The notes: a model not told the origin generated them from the sequence alone. A stretch of 32,000 bases of DNA from Candidatus Saccharimonadota bacterium (GCF_003351905.1 NZ_CP022339.1:150001-182000); one strand, 5' to 3'; shown: positions 1 to 12,099, numbered from the stretch's first letter. Program-made: numbers and translations.

Positions 1-799
1 AGCTTTTCCAAGTCTCTAGGGTAGAGGTATCGTTGGATGTGGTCGTTTGTACTGCTAGCTTTTGTTTATTTTTTAGCCAAATACAACTGCCTTTGGGTAA
101 ACAAGTTGAAAAGAAGATAGGATTGTACTGGCTTTTGGTTTTTATTTTTGCGTTGGATACAATAGTTGCTGCATTTGTCTTTTTAAAAGATTTTTGGTCT
201 TTAGGGTCAAAGATGCGAATGGTAGAAACTTGGCCTCCCCATAGTTCCATTCGGTAGGGAAATGATTGAGGCACCGTATAAATATCAACAATGCCACCAC
301 GTATAGCAAACTGACCTGAACTATAGACAAAATCTACTTTTGTAAAACCTTCTAGCATGCTTTCCAAAGTTTGGAGTGATAGCGTTTGGCCTACCTCTAT
401 CCTGCAACCCATAGTGGATGGATCTGGGATTTTTTCCAACAGTGCAGCTATATGGGTGACGATTAATGGAGTAGACCTACCATCACGTATGGCCTGTATG
501 ATAGCAGATCGTTTATTTTGAATAGAGGTATCCTCTTTTTGTGCCAAGCTGGGGAGTAGCAGCACCGAATGGGCCAAATGGGTTAAATCTCCATACATAG
601 CCAATGCTTCTTCCTTGTTTTCCAGTATGATAAGCTGTACCCGATTGCAATTTCTTTGCAGGGCTGCAATCAGTAGTGCATCTAAACTGCCTTGCATACC
701 TTGTAAGTGTATATCTTGCGGATCCTGTTTTAGGTAGTCTGTAAGCTTGGTTATAACTTCTTGTTTTTGATACCGTTCTATAAAATCGTTGATCTGCAA
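1..799 (-). CDS. mfd: Transcription-repair coupling factor Mfd, N-terminal ~266 aa (gene runs off the window start)
   Basis: Manual translation of the minus strand gives an uninterrupted frame from TTG at 799 to position 1. The ORF has no stop inside the window, so it is absent from the ORF track. Sequence: MQINDFIERYQKQ...HLQGMQGSLDALLIAALQ...SGQFAIRGGIVDIYTVPQSFPYRMELWGGQVSTIRIFDPKDQKS. The RGGI(V/L)DI(F/Y)...PYRxExxGxxxxxIRxFD module without a GKT Walker A in the N-terminus is typical of Mfd rather than UvrB. Confidence 0.75.
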   Translation of the reverse strand, partial: MQINDFIERYQKQEVITKLTDYLKQDPQDIHLQGMQGSLDALLIAALQRNCNRVQLIILENKEEALAMYGDLTHLAHSVLLLPSLAQKEDTSIQNKRSAIIQAIRDGRSTPLIVTHIAALLEKIPDPSTMGCRIEVGQTLSLQTLESMLEGFTKVDFVYSSGQFAIRGGIVDIYTVPQSFPYRMELWGGQVSTIRIFDPKDQKSFKKTNAATIVSNAKIKTKSQYNPIFFSTCLPKGSCIWLKNKQKLAVQTTTSNDTSTLETWKS

Positions 800-1379
800 G
801 ATAAAAAAAGGTTAATGAAAACAGTGCCATCTATCCAAGGAGATAAAATGGCTGGTAGCAGCTACGGCTAAACTATGAAAAATGAAATGCATCTACTGTC
901 AAGAATAAGTCCAACGCAAACTTACAAATATTTTTTAAAAAATATGCTCAATAGAGTCATCGATTGGGTAGGATTTGTATACTTTTAAACCTTCTACTTT
1001 TTTCAAACGCCTACTATCTGCTATAGCGTATAGCAAAATAGTGAGGATGGGTTATCTACATAATTTTTATTGAAAAGACAATAGTTGTACTTAATCTATT
1101 TTGGTCTGATATTCTATTATTTTTGAATAAATAACCGTATATTAAAAGAAGCTATGATTATATATCATAATCATTTTTATGGTGTTCCATATAGAATAAA
1201 ATAGTAGTGACAAGAAGCAAAAACCATTTATTCATAACACTTGTATGGTATTGCTTTACCTTGTGGTCGAATGGATGCATAGGATGCACCAGATGGTTAT
1301 GGGGTGCCAATAAAAAAAAGAGCCAGGTTCTAATAGAGCCGCTGAGATCGTACAAAACTTAACCTCAAAGCGGGAAAAA

Positions 1380-2399
1380 ATGACGCCGTTACCAGATGGG
1401 GTCACTAGCCATACTATGCATACGTCTGATCTAGAACCGGAAGGAATAACTCCAGTACCAGATGTGATTGCTAACCATACGATGCATCATACACCTGATC
1501 CAAAACGGGACGAAGTAGCGCCAGCACCAGATAGCGTCAGCAGTCATATCCATAGTGATGAACATGGTCAAGTAGCTCAATCAGTGCAACAGACTGCAAT
1601 AGAAACCATATTCGGAAAGGTATACCACATAGCATCTGAAACATTAAATCCAGTCATTAAAGCAACAAAAATATTCATAGCGTTAATGTCACTAATTAAA
1701 TCAGAAGAGGAGTTACAAGCATTCGAAAAAGAGTTAAATGAACAACTAGAAGAAATAGTAAAGTCATCTCCCGGTTTCCTTATGTTAAAGCGAAAGTTAG
1801 AAAAAGAGCTAGATAATAAATATGAGCAAATATTAAAGGAAGGTCGCTATCTCCTTTTAGGTCTAAAATATTTTATAGCGTATAACAGGAAGATGGAACC
1901 AAAAAAGGCTGAAGTTACTAGACAAGCAATCAAAGATATAGTGGACATTATTAAAGAAGCCAAAGCAGTAGACCATACTATCCCTACGGATGAAGCGATA
2001 GCTGGTACATTATCAATCCTTAAGAAGGAACGAGATAGAATAACTAATTGTGAAACAGACGTAAAAAGACTTTTGAAAAAAACACCCAATATAGCCAATA
2101 TGTTTCTAGATAAAGCAAGGAAAAGTGCTACAACAGCTATAGAAACATGTGAATGCGTTATAACACATGTAAGTGGATTATCTCGTATTAAACAAGTAAT
2201 CGAAGGGCGGGAAGTAACCGCACTACTGGTGCTAACAGTCGTACATAAAACTGGCAAAAAATTATTAGAATGTATAGAAAATGAAATAGAAAAAATAAAC
2301 GCGGAAATAGACACAGAAATGAAAATATTAGCAAATATTAAAACAGAACTAGATAAGTTAGAAAACTATTTAACGCCATTACTAACCTCACAGAAATAG
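1380..2399 (+). CDS. Hypothetical protein: N-terminal His-rich P-x-P-D repeats followed by a long Lys/Glu-rich helical (coiled-coil-like) region
   Basis: 339-aa ORF with an ATG start. There are three imperfect ~20-aa repeats (TPLPDGVTSHTMH / TPVPDVIANHTMH / APAPDSVSSHIH). The remainder is rich in E/K/L/I heptad-like sequence. I recognise no family. Confidence 0.6.
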   Translation: MTPLPDGVTSHTMHTSDLEPEGITPVPDVIANHTMHHTPDPKRDEVAPAPDSVSSHIHSDEHGQVAQSVQQTAIETIFGKVYHIASETLNPVIKATKIFIALMSLIKSEEELQAFEKELNEQLEEIVKSSPGFLMLKRKLEKELDNKYEQILKEGRYLLLGLKYFIAYNRKMEPKKAEVTRQAIKDIVDIIKEAKAVDHTIPTDEAIAGTLSILKKERDRITNCETDVKRLLKKTPNIANMFLDKARKSATTAIETCECVITHVSGLSRIKQVIEGREVTALLVLTVVHKTGKKLLECIENEIEKINAEIDTEMKILANIKTELDKLENYLTPLLTSQK

Positions 2400-2406
2400 A
2401 AAGACC

Positions 2407-2640
2407 CTAAAGGAGCCGCATCATTTTTTTTACCCAAGGCTTCAGTAGCAGCTTGGATACAATAGATAGCGCAGCCCGCTGCATTGCAGCATATAGCTCC
2501 TTTTTAACTTTTTTTTTAATGCTGCTGGATACAAAAAACCACAGAGACACTCCACTCAAAAGTGCCCCCCAAAACAAGCATGACTTTTTAGACATAAGGT
2601 TACAGGAATAAAGCCAACGTGGTAAGCGAAAGGCAGTCAA
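2407..2640 (-). CDS. Possible small membrane protein (doubtful)
   Basis: 77-aa ORF with a TTG start that lies inside the 2633..2664 hairpin. It has one hydrophobic segment (CLFWGALLSGVSLWFFVSS) followed by a basic stretch. The real start could be the internal MSKKS. Confidence 0.25.
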   Translation of the reverse strand: MTAFRLPRWLYSCNLMSKKSCLFWGALLSGVSLWFFVSSSIKKKVKKELYAAMQRAALSIVSKLLLKPWVKKMMRLL

Positions 2641-2664
2641 AAGAGCAATGGCCCTTTTGACTGC
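2633..2664 (-). terminator. Perfect 11-bp stem hairpin downstream of the YtxH-like gene
   Basis: GCAGTCAAAAG (2633..2643), a 10-nt loop, then CTTTTGACTGC (2654..2664). It sits 19 nt past the stop of the 2683..2886 minus-strand gene. The T-tract after it is weak, so terminator function is inferred. Confidence 0.45.
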
Positions 2665-2682
2665 TTGTGCCCTTAGACCTAA

Positions 2683-2886
2683 TTAAGATAGACCTTTAAC
2701 AGCGTTTTTAACCGTATTGATTGCATCTGCTGCTTTTTCAGAAGATGATTGCACACAACCAGAAAGTTGCTTAGCCCTATTTTGGATAGCTTTAAGGATT
2801 CTTTTTTTAGTATTATCGCAAACTAAAAATCCTAATATAGCACCTAATACCACGCCTAACACTAGGTAACATACATTTCTAAACAT
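2683..2886 (-). CDS. YtxH-like small membrane-anchored protein
   Basis: 67 aa. An N-terminal TM helix (VCYLVLGVVLGAILGFLV) is followed by an amphipathic K/A/Q-rich helix, which is the architecture of YtxH-domain proteins. Confidence 0.5.
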   Translation of the reverse strand: MFRNVCYLVLGVVLGAILGFLVCDNTKKRILKAIQNRAKQLSGCVQSSSEKAADAINTVKNAVKGLS

Positions 2887-3186
2887 AATTTTACTTTAAT
2901 TTAAGGTGTTAAAAAATGAACTTTTACCTTGAATATATCCGTTCAGCCCTCTATACCCAGATAAGCTGATACCGACTCAACCTTAATCATACCATTTCTA
3001 AGCTTACCCTTTTCTAATGCGTGTGCCATTATGTACAACCTGCTCTATAACATTTAGCACTTCAATTGGCATCAGGATCTGAATAGACACCTCTAAATTT
3101 ACATACTTTAAGCCAACAAAGCTACAGGTAAGATAAAAATTATAGTATGCTGAAAGTCAAGCAACTAAAAAAGATGAGTTGCCATT

Positions 3187-5654
<2,468 letters not shown>

Positions 5655-5670
5655 ATCTAAATATTAAAAA

Positions 5671-6012
5671 CTAACTAGATAAGGCCTCTAAAGCTAGATA
5701 AACTTTTTCATATATCTTCATTGCCCTAACCTCTTCTAAATAATACCTTATACTGGCTTGAAAAGCTTCTGGCTCGACTTTATATAACGCTAAAATTTTT
5801 TGATGGTTTTGATGCCGCAATAGCTCTATGGTTTCTGGAGTATAATAGCTATAGTATAACCAGCTATCGAGTAGTTCTAGATCCCTTACTATATGGACAA
5901 AGACTGTTTCGTTGATTATAGTGGTGGGTGGATGGTGGGTCGTTGTAAATGATGACCTGCTTATCCAGTATAATAGGGACAATGCTAAAAGAATAGTAGC
6001 TATTTTTTTCAT
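5671..6012 (-). CDS. Small secreted protein, DUF4296-like
   Basis: 113 aa with an N-terminal signal-like segment MKKIATILLALSLLYWI. The remainder (IVRDLELLDSWLYY...FQASIRYYLEE...IYEKV) resembles the Bacteroidota DUF4296 pattern as I recall it, but I could not run a search. Confidence 0.45.
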   Translation of the reverse strand: MKKIATILLALSLLYWISRSSFTTTHHPPTTIINETVFVHIVRDLELLDSWLYYSYYTPETIELLRHQNHQKILALYKVEPEAFQASIRYYLEEVRAMKIYEKVYLALEALSS

Positions 6013-6334
6013 ATTACAAAGCAGAGGTTAAGTGGTTAATTGTATGTAAAGTTAAGTAAAAACCACTATATTGGGTAAATGTGGAGTGAAAATTGGGTAG
6101 TCTTCTTCCAAAGAAACGACCATCACAACAAGTAAAATTGAGCTGCTCCAGCGCACTATTGTAGCATATGGTCAGTATGCTGAACAACGCGATCATTAGG
6201 TGCATATAACGCACAAGTTACGTCAAATGCTGTTAAAGATTCAACCACTAGGCCATACCGCCCCCTAGGAGGCAGATGGATTTGTAGGCGCCTCATTACC
6301 TATTTTATGTAAGTAGCGATAGCTCATATAAAGA

Positions 6335-7243
6335 TTGATTATGGAAGTATTCCCCAAAAAAATTCTTTCTGTTGTTCATCCAAGCAAATTTAACTTCGAT
6401 AAAAGTATCAACTACCACTTGTCTATTAATATAGGTCATGGTTTGATTAAGATATGTTGTATAGAACGCACTACCCAAGCGTGTTTATTACTGGGCATAT
6501 ATGCACTGCCGCTCGATAAAAACCACCCAAGCTATGTCAAGAGTTTAGAGCAATTGTACAATCAAGATTTTTTTTTGATTAAAAAAAACTGGTGTTCTGT
6601 TACTTTATCTATTTCTAATCAAAAATTTACCTTGTTGCCTCATTTATTGCTCAGCACAAAAGATTTGTCTACCTATATGCATGTTGCTTGTGGTGTAGAC
6701 CCAAACGATGAAGTGATCTCCTTTACCCATGCATTGGCAAAAGTATCGGTTGTCTTTGCAGAAAATGCTATTGTATTAGATTGGTTTAGAAAACGTTATA
6801 CAGGTAGTAATTTTCATATTATCCACCAGTCAAATGCCATTATAGAAGGATGCCAGCTAGAATGCCTATCTAAAGCAGAATTATTTGTCTGGTTGGCAGA
6901 GGACTATTTGTATATAGTAGTCCATAATAAAAGACAACTACTCTATTGCAATGCGTTTGCTTATAAAACATCCGATGACTTTTTAAGTTATCTATCGGCT
7001 GTCATCCAGGTGATGCAGTTAGAACGTACTTCTTGCGCATTACTAGTGGGTGGATGGATTGAAAAGCGGTCATTGGCCTATCGTCAGTTGAAAGCCTATA
7101 TTCCAAGAACCACCTTAAAAACAAAGATTAACTTTTTACACTCAAATTCATATGTTTGTAAAGCCAGTGGCACTTCACCTATGTTGTACTTTGATTTGAT
7201 AAGCGGTTTTCTTTGTCATACCCATAGCAGCGCATGGCAATAA
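6335..7243 (+). CDS. Hypothetical protein (possibly DUF3822-like, Bacteroidota-specific)
   Basis: 302-aa ORF starting at TTG 6335 or ATG 6341. The family assignment is a weak recollection based on N-terminal HLSINIGHGLIKICCIE and on size. Confidence 0.4.
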   Translation: MIMEVFPKKILSVVHPSKFNFDKSINYHLSINIGHGLIKICCIERTTQACLLLGIYALPLDKNHPSYVKSLEQLYNQDFFLIKKNWCSVTLSISNQKFTLLPHLLLSTKDLSTYMHVACGVDPNDEVISFTHALAKVSVVFAENAIVLDWFRKRYTGSNFHIIHQSNAIIEGCQLECLSKAELFVWLAEDYLYIVVHNKRQLLYCNAFAYKTSDDFLSYLSAVIQVMQLERTSCALLVGGWIEKRSLAYRQLKAYIPRTTLKTKINFLHSNSYVCKASGTSPMLYFDLISGFLCHTHSSAWQ

Positions 7244-7309
7244 ATCAGGTGTTGTTGTATGGCTGTACTATTGGTAACGGCGCGTATCTTTAGCCAAAAT
7301 TTTCTACAT

Positions 7310-7978
7310 ATGTCCCTTATTTTAAGCATTGAAACCGCCACAGCTGTTTGTTCCGTTGCGTTACACCATGGAGGTAAACTTATAGCACATACCGATCTTT
7401 TCATGGAGCGTTCCCATGCGGAACATTTGATGCCTATTATAGCAGATTTATTAAAAAACAGTCATTATGAACGCAAATCATTGGCCGCCATAGCCCTATC
7501 TAGCGGCCCTGGTTCATATACTGGGTTACGGATTGGCACTGCAGTAGGGAAAGGCCTTTGTTATGGCTTAGACATTCCACTTATTGCAGTTGGCACATTA
7601 GAAGCCATGGCATATGGCATGCGCCCATTTGTAGATCCGGATACCCTATTATGTCCAGTCATTGATGCGAGGCGCAACGCTATTTATACCCTTATAGCAG
7701 ACCAAACAGGGCAAATCAAATGCCCTACCCATGTAGCGCTATTGGATGATAAAGCGTATAGAGATACGCTACCGGACAAACCTTTGTTTTTTTTTGGGGA
7801 TGGTACGCAAAAATGTAAAGCATTCCTTATGGAACACCGTAATATTCGTTTTATAGAACAGGTTGTTCCTTCTGCTACACAAATAGGCTATTTGGCTTTT
7901 GCTAAGTTTCAACAACAGTTTTGGGAAAATATAGCCAGTTATACGCCTTATTATTTAAGCCAGTTTCAAGAAAAATAA
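7310..7978 (+). CDS. tsaB: tRNA N6-threonylcarbamoyladenosine modification protein TsaB (YeaZ)
   Basis: MSLILSIETATAVCSVAL...SSGPGSYTGLRIGTAVGKGLCYGLDIPLIAVGTLEAMA. The start is placed at the internal Met (aa 18 of the track ORF). Confidence 0.9.
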   Translation: MSLILSIETATAVCSVALHHGGKLIAHTDLFMERSHAEHLMPIIADLLKNSHYERKSLAAIALSSGPGSYTGLRIGTAVGKGLCYGLDIPLIAVGTLEAMAYGMRPFVDPDTLLCPVIDARRNAIYTLIADQTGQIKCPTHVALLDDKAYRDTLPDKPLFFFGDGTQKCKAFLMEHRNIRFIEQVVPSATQIGYLAFAKFQQQFWENIASYTPYYLSQFQEK

Positions 7979-8151
7979 AGGAATATGGGATATTTATTTG
8001 GTTTTTCTTAAGATTAGTCTTAATATTGCTTCTATTAAGTCATTTTAGTGGGGCGGCTTGGCTTATAGTAAAGCCAGGTTCGTTTTTCATAATAGAAGCT
8101 ATAGTAAATCATAGCAAGCGTTTATATCACATACAATTTTTAATATTAAAT

Positions 8152-8910
8152 ATGAAAGGAATAAAAAAAAATTTGGTGGCAGGTGCCTTAGCTTGTGGTG
8201 CTGCGTTTAATGCACATAATGCACATGCGGAAGTAAGCCGGTTCAGTTATGGTCCTAAGGTTGGCCTAAGTTTCTCTCCTTATGCAATGTACCCAGAAGG
8301 TGTTAAAATTGACAGCAAGGCAGTATCCCATAGTTTCTTTGATACTCCATTTGTACATGTAAGCTTTGATGCTAGATGTAATTTATCAGATTATATAGGC
8401 GTTGGGTTAGGCGTTGGTTATATCAAGAAAGGTGCTACGTTAACAGCGGAACAAGAAAAAGACCAACAAACTGAAGAAGATAGTAAGACTACGCCATCTG
8501 TTAATGCAACTACCCATAATATTGATGTTCCACTCTATTTGTGTATTTTCCCAACTGGTAATCCGGATGGAGAAGATTTTTTTACAATTAAGCTAGGTGG
8601 CTCTGTTCATATCCCAATTTTAGCAACCTATAGAAGTAATGATAAAGAGGTAAAATTGAATGATAATCAAAAAAAGGAGGAAGCTAGTTTTAATATGGGT
8701 GTTAACATTGATCTTGAATATCAATTCGCTGATTTGGGTGTCTATCTCGGAGTTGGGTATCGCATGGGACTTATGAATGCGTTTAATTTAGATAAAGATA
8801 AAGATAAAGAACAAACTATATTCTCGAATACTAGTGGGTTAAAAGATCTTAAAATACACACTGCAACTGTAAGTCTAGGTTATAATATTGCCACTTTTTT
8901 TGCCAACTAA
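8152..8910 (+). CDS. Outer-membrane beta-barrel protein (porin-family/OMP_b-brl-like)
   Basis: The start is set at MKGIKKNLVAGALACGAAFNAHNAHA (signal peptide, AHA-E cleavage-like site). Alternating hydrophobic beta-strand patterns (GVGLGVGYI, GVYLGVGYRMG, TVSLGYNI) are present, along with charged loop inserts. Confidence 0.7.
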   Translation: MKGIKKNLVAGALACGAAFNAHNAHAEVSRFSYGPKVGLSFSPYAMYPEGVKIDSKAVSHSFFDTPFVHVSFDARCNLSDYIGVGLGVGYIKKGATLTAEQEKDQQTEEDSKTTPSVNATTHNIDVPLYLCIFPTGNPDGEDFFTIKLGGSVHIPILATYRSNDKEVKLNDNQKKEEASFNMGVNIDLEYQFADLGVYLGVGYRMGLMNAFNLDKDKDKEQTIFSNTSGLKDLKIHTATVSLGYNIATFFAN

Positions 8911-9000
8911 TCTAACGGGTAGGGGAGGATAGTCTTTTCGTGCCCTAGTTCGTTTTAGTAGCAGCTAGCTGATGTATAGCAGCTAGCTATTGCTTGATAT

Positions 9001-9072
9001 GGCCCGTTCGTCTAGGGGTTAGGACGTCAGGTTTTCATCCTGGAAACAGGGGTTCGATTCCCCTACGGGCTA
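9001..9072 (+). tRNA. tRNA-Glu (anticodon UUC)
   Basis: GGCCCGT acceptor stem pairs with ACGGGCT. The D-arm is GTCTAGGGGTTAGGAC, the anticodon stem-loop is TCAGG-TTTTCAT-CCTGG (UUC), and the T-arm is GGGGTTCGATTCCCC. No CCA is encoded. Confidence 0.93.
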
Positions 9073-9104
9073 CGTTTTTATCCACTTAATCTATCGTATC
9101 CATT

Positions 9105-9128
9105 CGTATCTGTTCAGCGCGATGGGTT
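9105..9128 (-). repeat. Copy of dispersed intergenic core motif (CCATCGCGCTGAACAGATACG on the minus strand)
   Basis: The plus strand reads CGTATCTGTTCAGCGCGATGGGTT. The same core occurs at 15895, 20352, 29309 and 30559. Confidence 0.7.
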
Positions 9129-10458
9129 AATTTAGCTGTGGAATCAAATCTTTTAGGTTGCTTATCAAGTTAATTTTTATACCAAAAGATTTAGAAAGTT
9201 GTTGCTGCTGCGCAGCTATATATACTTCTTTAAAGCCGAGTTTTTCTGCTTCTGCGATTCTATATTCCATTCTTTGTACACGTCTAAGTTCACCGCCTAG
9301 TCCTACTTCTGCTATAAAGCATTTAAAACTTGCAATTACCTTATCTTTTAGAGCGCTTACAACCGCCATACAAACCGCCAAATCTAGTGCGGTATCATCT
9401 ACCCTAAGCCCTCCTGTACTATTTAAAAATACATCACAATCATGTAGCCGAAGACCTGTTCGTTTTTCTAATACAGCTAGTAACATATTTAATCGTCTGG
9501 GGTCATAGCCTGTAGCATTGCGTTGAGGATTTCCATACCTGGTTGTGGTTACCAATGCCTGCATTTCAAGCATGAGTGGTCTAGTTCCCTCTACACACGA
9601 GCCAATCGCTATGCCACTTAAAGTATAGTCTTGCCCGGAAAGTAGCATGGAAGAGGGGTTTTGTACACCATGCAGGCCACTTACTTTCATCTCATATATG
9701 CCTAATTCTGATGTGGGGCCAAATCTATTCTTTATGGTTCGCACCATTCTATATAAACATGGTTTATCCCCCTCAAACTGTAATACCGTATCGACCATAT
9801 GCTCTAGCAGTTTGGGGCCTGCTAAAGCGCCATCCTTATTGATGTGCCCTATTAAAAATAAGGCCACGTTCGAATGCTTGGCGTAATGTAACAATCGGGT
9901 CGTACAAGCTTTAATTTGGTTGATGCTTCCTATGGTGCCTTCCTCTTCCTCAGTATATAAAGTTTGAATAGAATCTATCACCAATACGGTTGGCTCCAAA
10001 TTAGTTGCATGTTCGAGGATCTGTTCTAATACGCATGCTTGGAGTAACAAGCAGCTTGATGAAGAGAAGCCTAGACGAGAAGCACGTATTTTAATTTGAT
10101 TTTCTGTTTCTTCTCCAGACACATATAGCACCTTACCCGCTTTGAACTGTAGCGCCATTTGGAGCAAAAGCGTTGATTTTCCAATACCAGGCTCACCGCC
10201 TAATAACACCAACGCACCTGGCACAATGCCTCCACCCAGTACCCTATTGAGTTCTGCATCTGCAGCGCACAATCGTTGATGTGTAATTTCTTGAATTTCA
10301 TCTAATCTTTTAGGATGGCTAGTAGGTCTGTGCTTTTTACCATGTTTCGTGCTGCCTTTGGTGGAAAATTCGGCTAATTTATTCCATTCCTTACAAGCGT
10401 CACATTTTCCTTGCCATTTAACATATTCAAGCCCACAGTTTGTACAAACATATGCCAT
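9127..10458 (-). CDS. radA: DNA repair protein RadA/Sms
   Basis: N-terminal zinc ribbon MAYVCTNCGLEYVKWQGKCDACKEWN, Walker A GGEPGIGKST, KNRFG motif, and a Lon-like C-terminal domain. Confidence 0.95.
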   Translation of the reverse strand: MAYVCTNCGLEYVKWQGKCDACKEWNKLAEFSTKGSTKHGKKHRPTSHPKRLDEIQEITHQRLCAADAELNRVLGGGIVPGALVLLGGEPGIGKSTLLLQMALQFKAGKVLYVSGEETENQIKIRASRLGFSSSSCLLLQACVLEQILEHATNLEPTVLVIDSIQTLYTEEEEGTIGSINQIKACTTRLLHYAKHSNVALFLIGHINKDGALAGPKLLEHMVDTVLQFEGDKPCLYRMVRTIKNRFGPTSELGIYEMKVSGLHGVQNPSSMLLSGQDYTLSGIAIGSCVEGTRPLMLEMQALVTTTRYGNPQRNATGYDPRRLNMLLAVLEKRTGLRLHDCDVFLNSTGGLRVDDTALDLAVCMAVVSALKDKVIASFKCFIAEVGLGGELRRVQRMEYRIAEAEKLGFKEVYIAAQQQQLSKSFGIKINLISNLKDLIPQLN

Positions 10459-10550
10459 ATAAATTTTGTTTAGATTTTTAGCTATATACGATGCGTTACG
10501 TAACTTATTTCATCCATCCATTCGCTATATTCGCTTTATAGATAAAAGTA

Positions 10551-11336
10551 ATGTTTATAGACTATATTCCCATGGATGATCACCTATTCAATAATACTAC
10601 TCAACTCAATATGCCTTTTGATAGGGCTTCATTTTATTATACAAGCTGTGCTTCTACCAATGATATGGCCCAAAAATATCTGCTACATGCGGCAGAAGGA
10701 ACCATTTTTATTTCAGAGCATCAGTATCAAGGAAGAGGACAACGGGGTAGTACTTGGACATCGGAATCGGGTAAAAATATTCTTTTTTCGTTTATCTTAT
10801 ATCCAACATGGTTAGCGCTAGGTGCGGTTTTTGCCTTGAATATTGTTACCAGTTTAGCCATTTATGAGGTACTTATAGGTTACTTGCAGGTGGCTATAAA
10901 ATGGCCCAATGATATCTACTACTTAGACCAGAAATTGGGTGGTATGCTTATTGAAACCCATATAGGAGAGCGGCATAAGATCAAAACAGCTATAATCGGT
11001 ATTGGCTTAAATGTCAATCAACTCTATTTTGAATCTTCCAAACGCACTTCCTTAGCCATACAAAAAGGCACTGTGCTGGATAGGGCGTTACTAGTCACCC
11101 AGATCATGGATGCCTTTGGTAGGTATTATGCGCGGCTACAAAATGGAACCTTCCATTTGCTTTGGGAGCAGTATATTCATATACTCTACCGAAACAGAGG
11201 ATTTCATAAATTTGCAACCATGCATGGATCGTTGGAAGCACGTATTGTAACCGTCAATAAGCTAGGAGAGTTGGTAATCGCAACACGTGATGGCAACCAA
11301 TATAGCTATAAAGCCAAAGAAATTATTTTTGTGTAA
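10551..11336 (+). CDS. birA: Biotin--[acetyl-CoA-carboxylase] ligase (BPL/BirA, group I without HTH)
   Basis: GRGQRGSTWTSESGKNILFS (the GRGRxGRxW signature), KWPNDIY, and GIGLNVN. Confidence 0.88.
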   Translation: MFIDYIPMDDHLFNNTTQLNMPFDRASFYYTSCASTNDMAQKYLLHAAEGTIFISEHQYQGRGQRGSTWTSESGKNILFSFILYPTWLALGAVFALNIVTSLAIYEVLIGYLQVAIKWPNDIYYLDQKLGGMLIETHIGERHKIKTAIIGIGLNVNQLYFESSKRTSLAIQKGTVLDRALLVTQIMDAFGRYYARLQNGTFHLLWEQYIHILYRNRGFHKFATMHGSLEARIVTVNKLGELVIATRDGNQYSYKAKEIIFV

Positions 11337-12032
11337 TTATGAACCACGCTTGTAAATAGATACACTATTGCTTTGCAATAATCTTTCTAAGCTATAGGCC
11401 TTATCCAAACAATAATTACCTATTTGGGTTCGACATAAGCTATGCAAATAGGCTCCAACGCCTAGTTTTTTCCCTAAGTCATGAGCCAGTTGTCGAATAT
11501 AGGTTCCTTTGCTGCAAACCACTTTGAAAGCAATGAATGGCAGCTCAATCTTCGTAATAAGGAAGGAACGGATCATTACGGCACGTGGGGTTAGGACAAC
11601 TGCTTCTCCTTTTCTAGCTATTTGATAGGCCCTTTTTCCATCTACCTTAACGGCTGAATAAATAGGTGGTATTTGCATGATAGATCCAACAAAAGTAGCA
11701 GCAGCAGTTATGACCATCTCCTCGGTGATATGATCATAACTAGATAGACTATCAAAGGGTGTTTCTAAATCCATAGATGGCGTCGTTTTACCAAGCACAA
11801 TTTGGCCAGTATACACCTTATCCAATGCTTGAATACTACTAATGTTTTTAGTTTGCCTACCACTACATAATAAAAGTAACCCTGTAGCCAGCGGATCCAA
11901 GGTACCTGCATGACCTATTTTTTTTATGTTTAAAGCATGACGAACCTTTTTGACCACATCAAAGGAGGTCCAACCCAAAGGTTTATCTACCATAAAAATA
12001 GCCTCGGAAAATTCGTTTGACGGTTGATACAT
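11337..12032 (-). CDS. truB: tRNA pseudouridine(55) synthase TruB
   Basis: VDKPLGWTSFDVVKKVR...IGHAGTLDPLATGLLLLCSG, PPIYSAVKVDGKRAY. The start is placed at the internal Met (aa 23 of the track ORF). Confidence 0.92.
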   Translation of the reverse strand: MYQPSNEFSEAIFMVDKPLGWTSFDVVKKVRHALNIKKIGHAGTLDPLATGLLLLCSGRQTKNISSIQALDKVYTGQIVLGKTTPSMDLETPFDSLSSYDHITEEMVITAAATFVGSIMQIPPIYSAVKVDGKRAYQIARKGEAVVLTPRAVMIRSFLITKIELPFIAFKVVCSKGTYIRQLAHDLGKKLGVGAYLHSLCRTQIGNYCLDKAYSLERLLQSNSVSIYKRGS

Positions 12033-12099
12033 ATTATTAGTTACTAACTCCGATAAAAGCATTGAGAAACGAAAAATACCCGCAGTTTTGCCAATCAAT

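Noticed and set aside
33-830. Track ORFs 33..257 (+), 142..330 (-) and 513..830 (-).
   Set aside because: They overlap an uninterrupted minus-strand frame that translates into a clear Mfd N-terminus. These ORFs are in the wrong frame or strand, and their sequences show no recognisable features.
1847-2314. 155-aa antisense ORF inside the 1380..2399 gene.
   Set aside because: It is a shadow ORF opposite a K/E-rich coding strand, giving an S/I/F-rich mirror composition. The sense ORF is longer and has coherent repeat and helical structure.
7921-8151. 77-codon N-terminal extension of the OM beta-barrel ORF (TTG start overlapping the tsaB 3' end).
   Set aside because: The internal Met at 8152 is followed by a textbook signal peptide, while the extension overlaps tsaB and looks non-coding.
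9158-9886. Plus-strand ORFs 9158..9508 and 9647..9886.
   Set aside because: They are antisense shadows inside the well-supported radA gene.
11334-11339. The birA stop (TAA 11334..11336) and the truB stop (11337..11339) abut with zero intergenic bases and no terminator hairpin.
   Set aside because: The observation is real, but tight convergent packing is common in reduced genomes and I see no specific functional implication.
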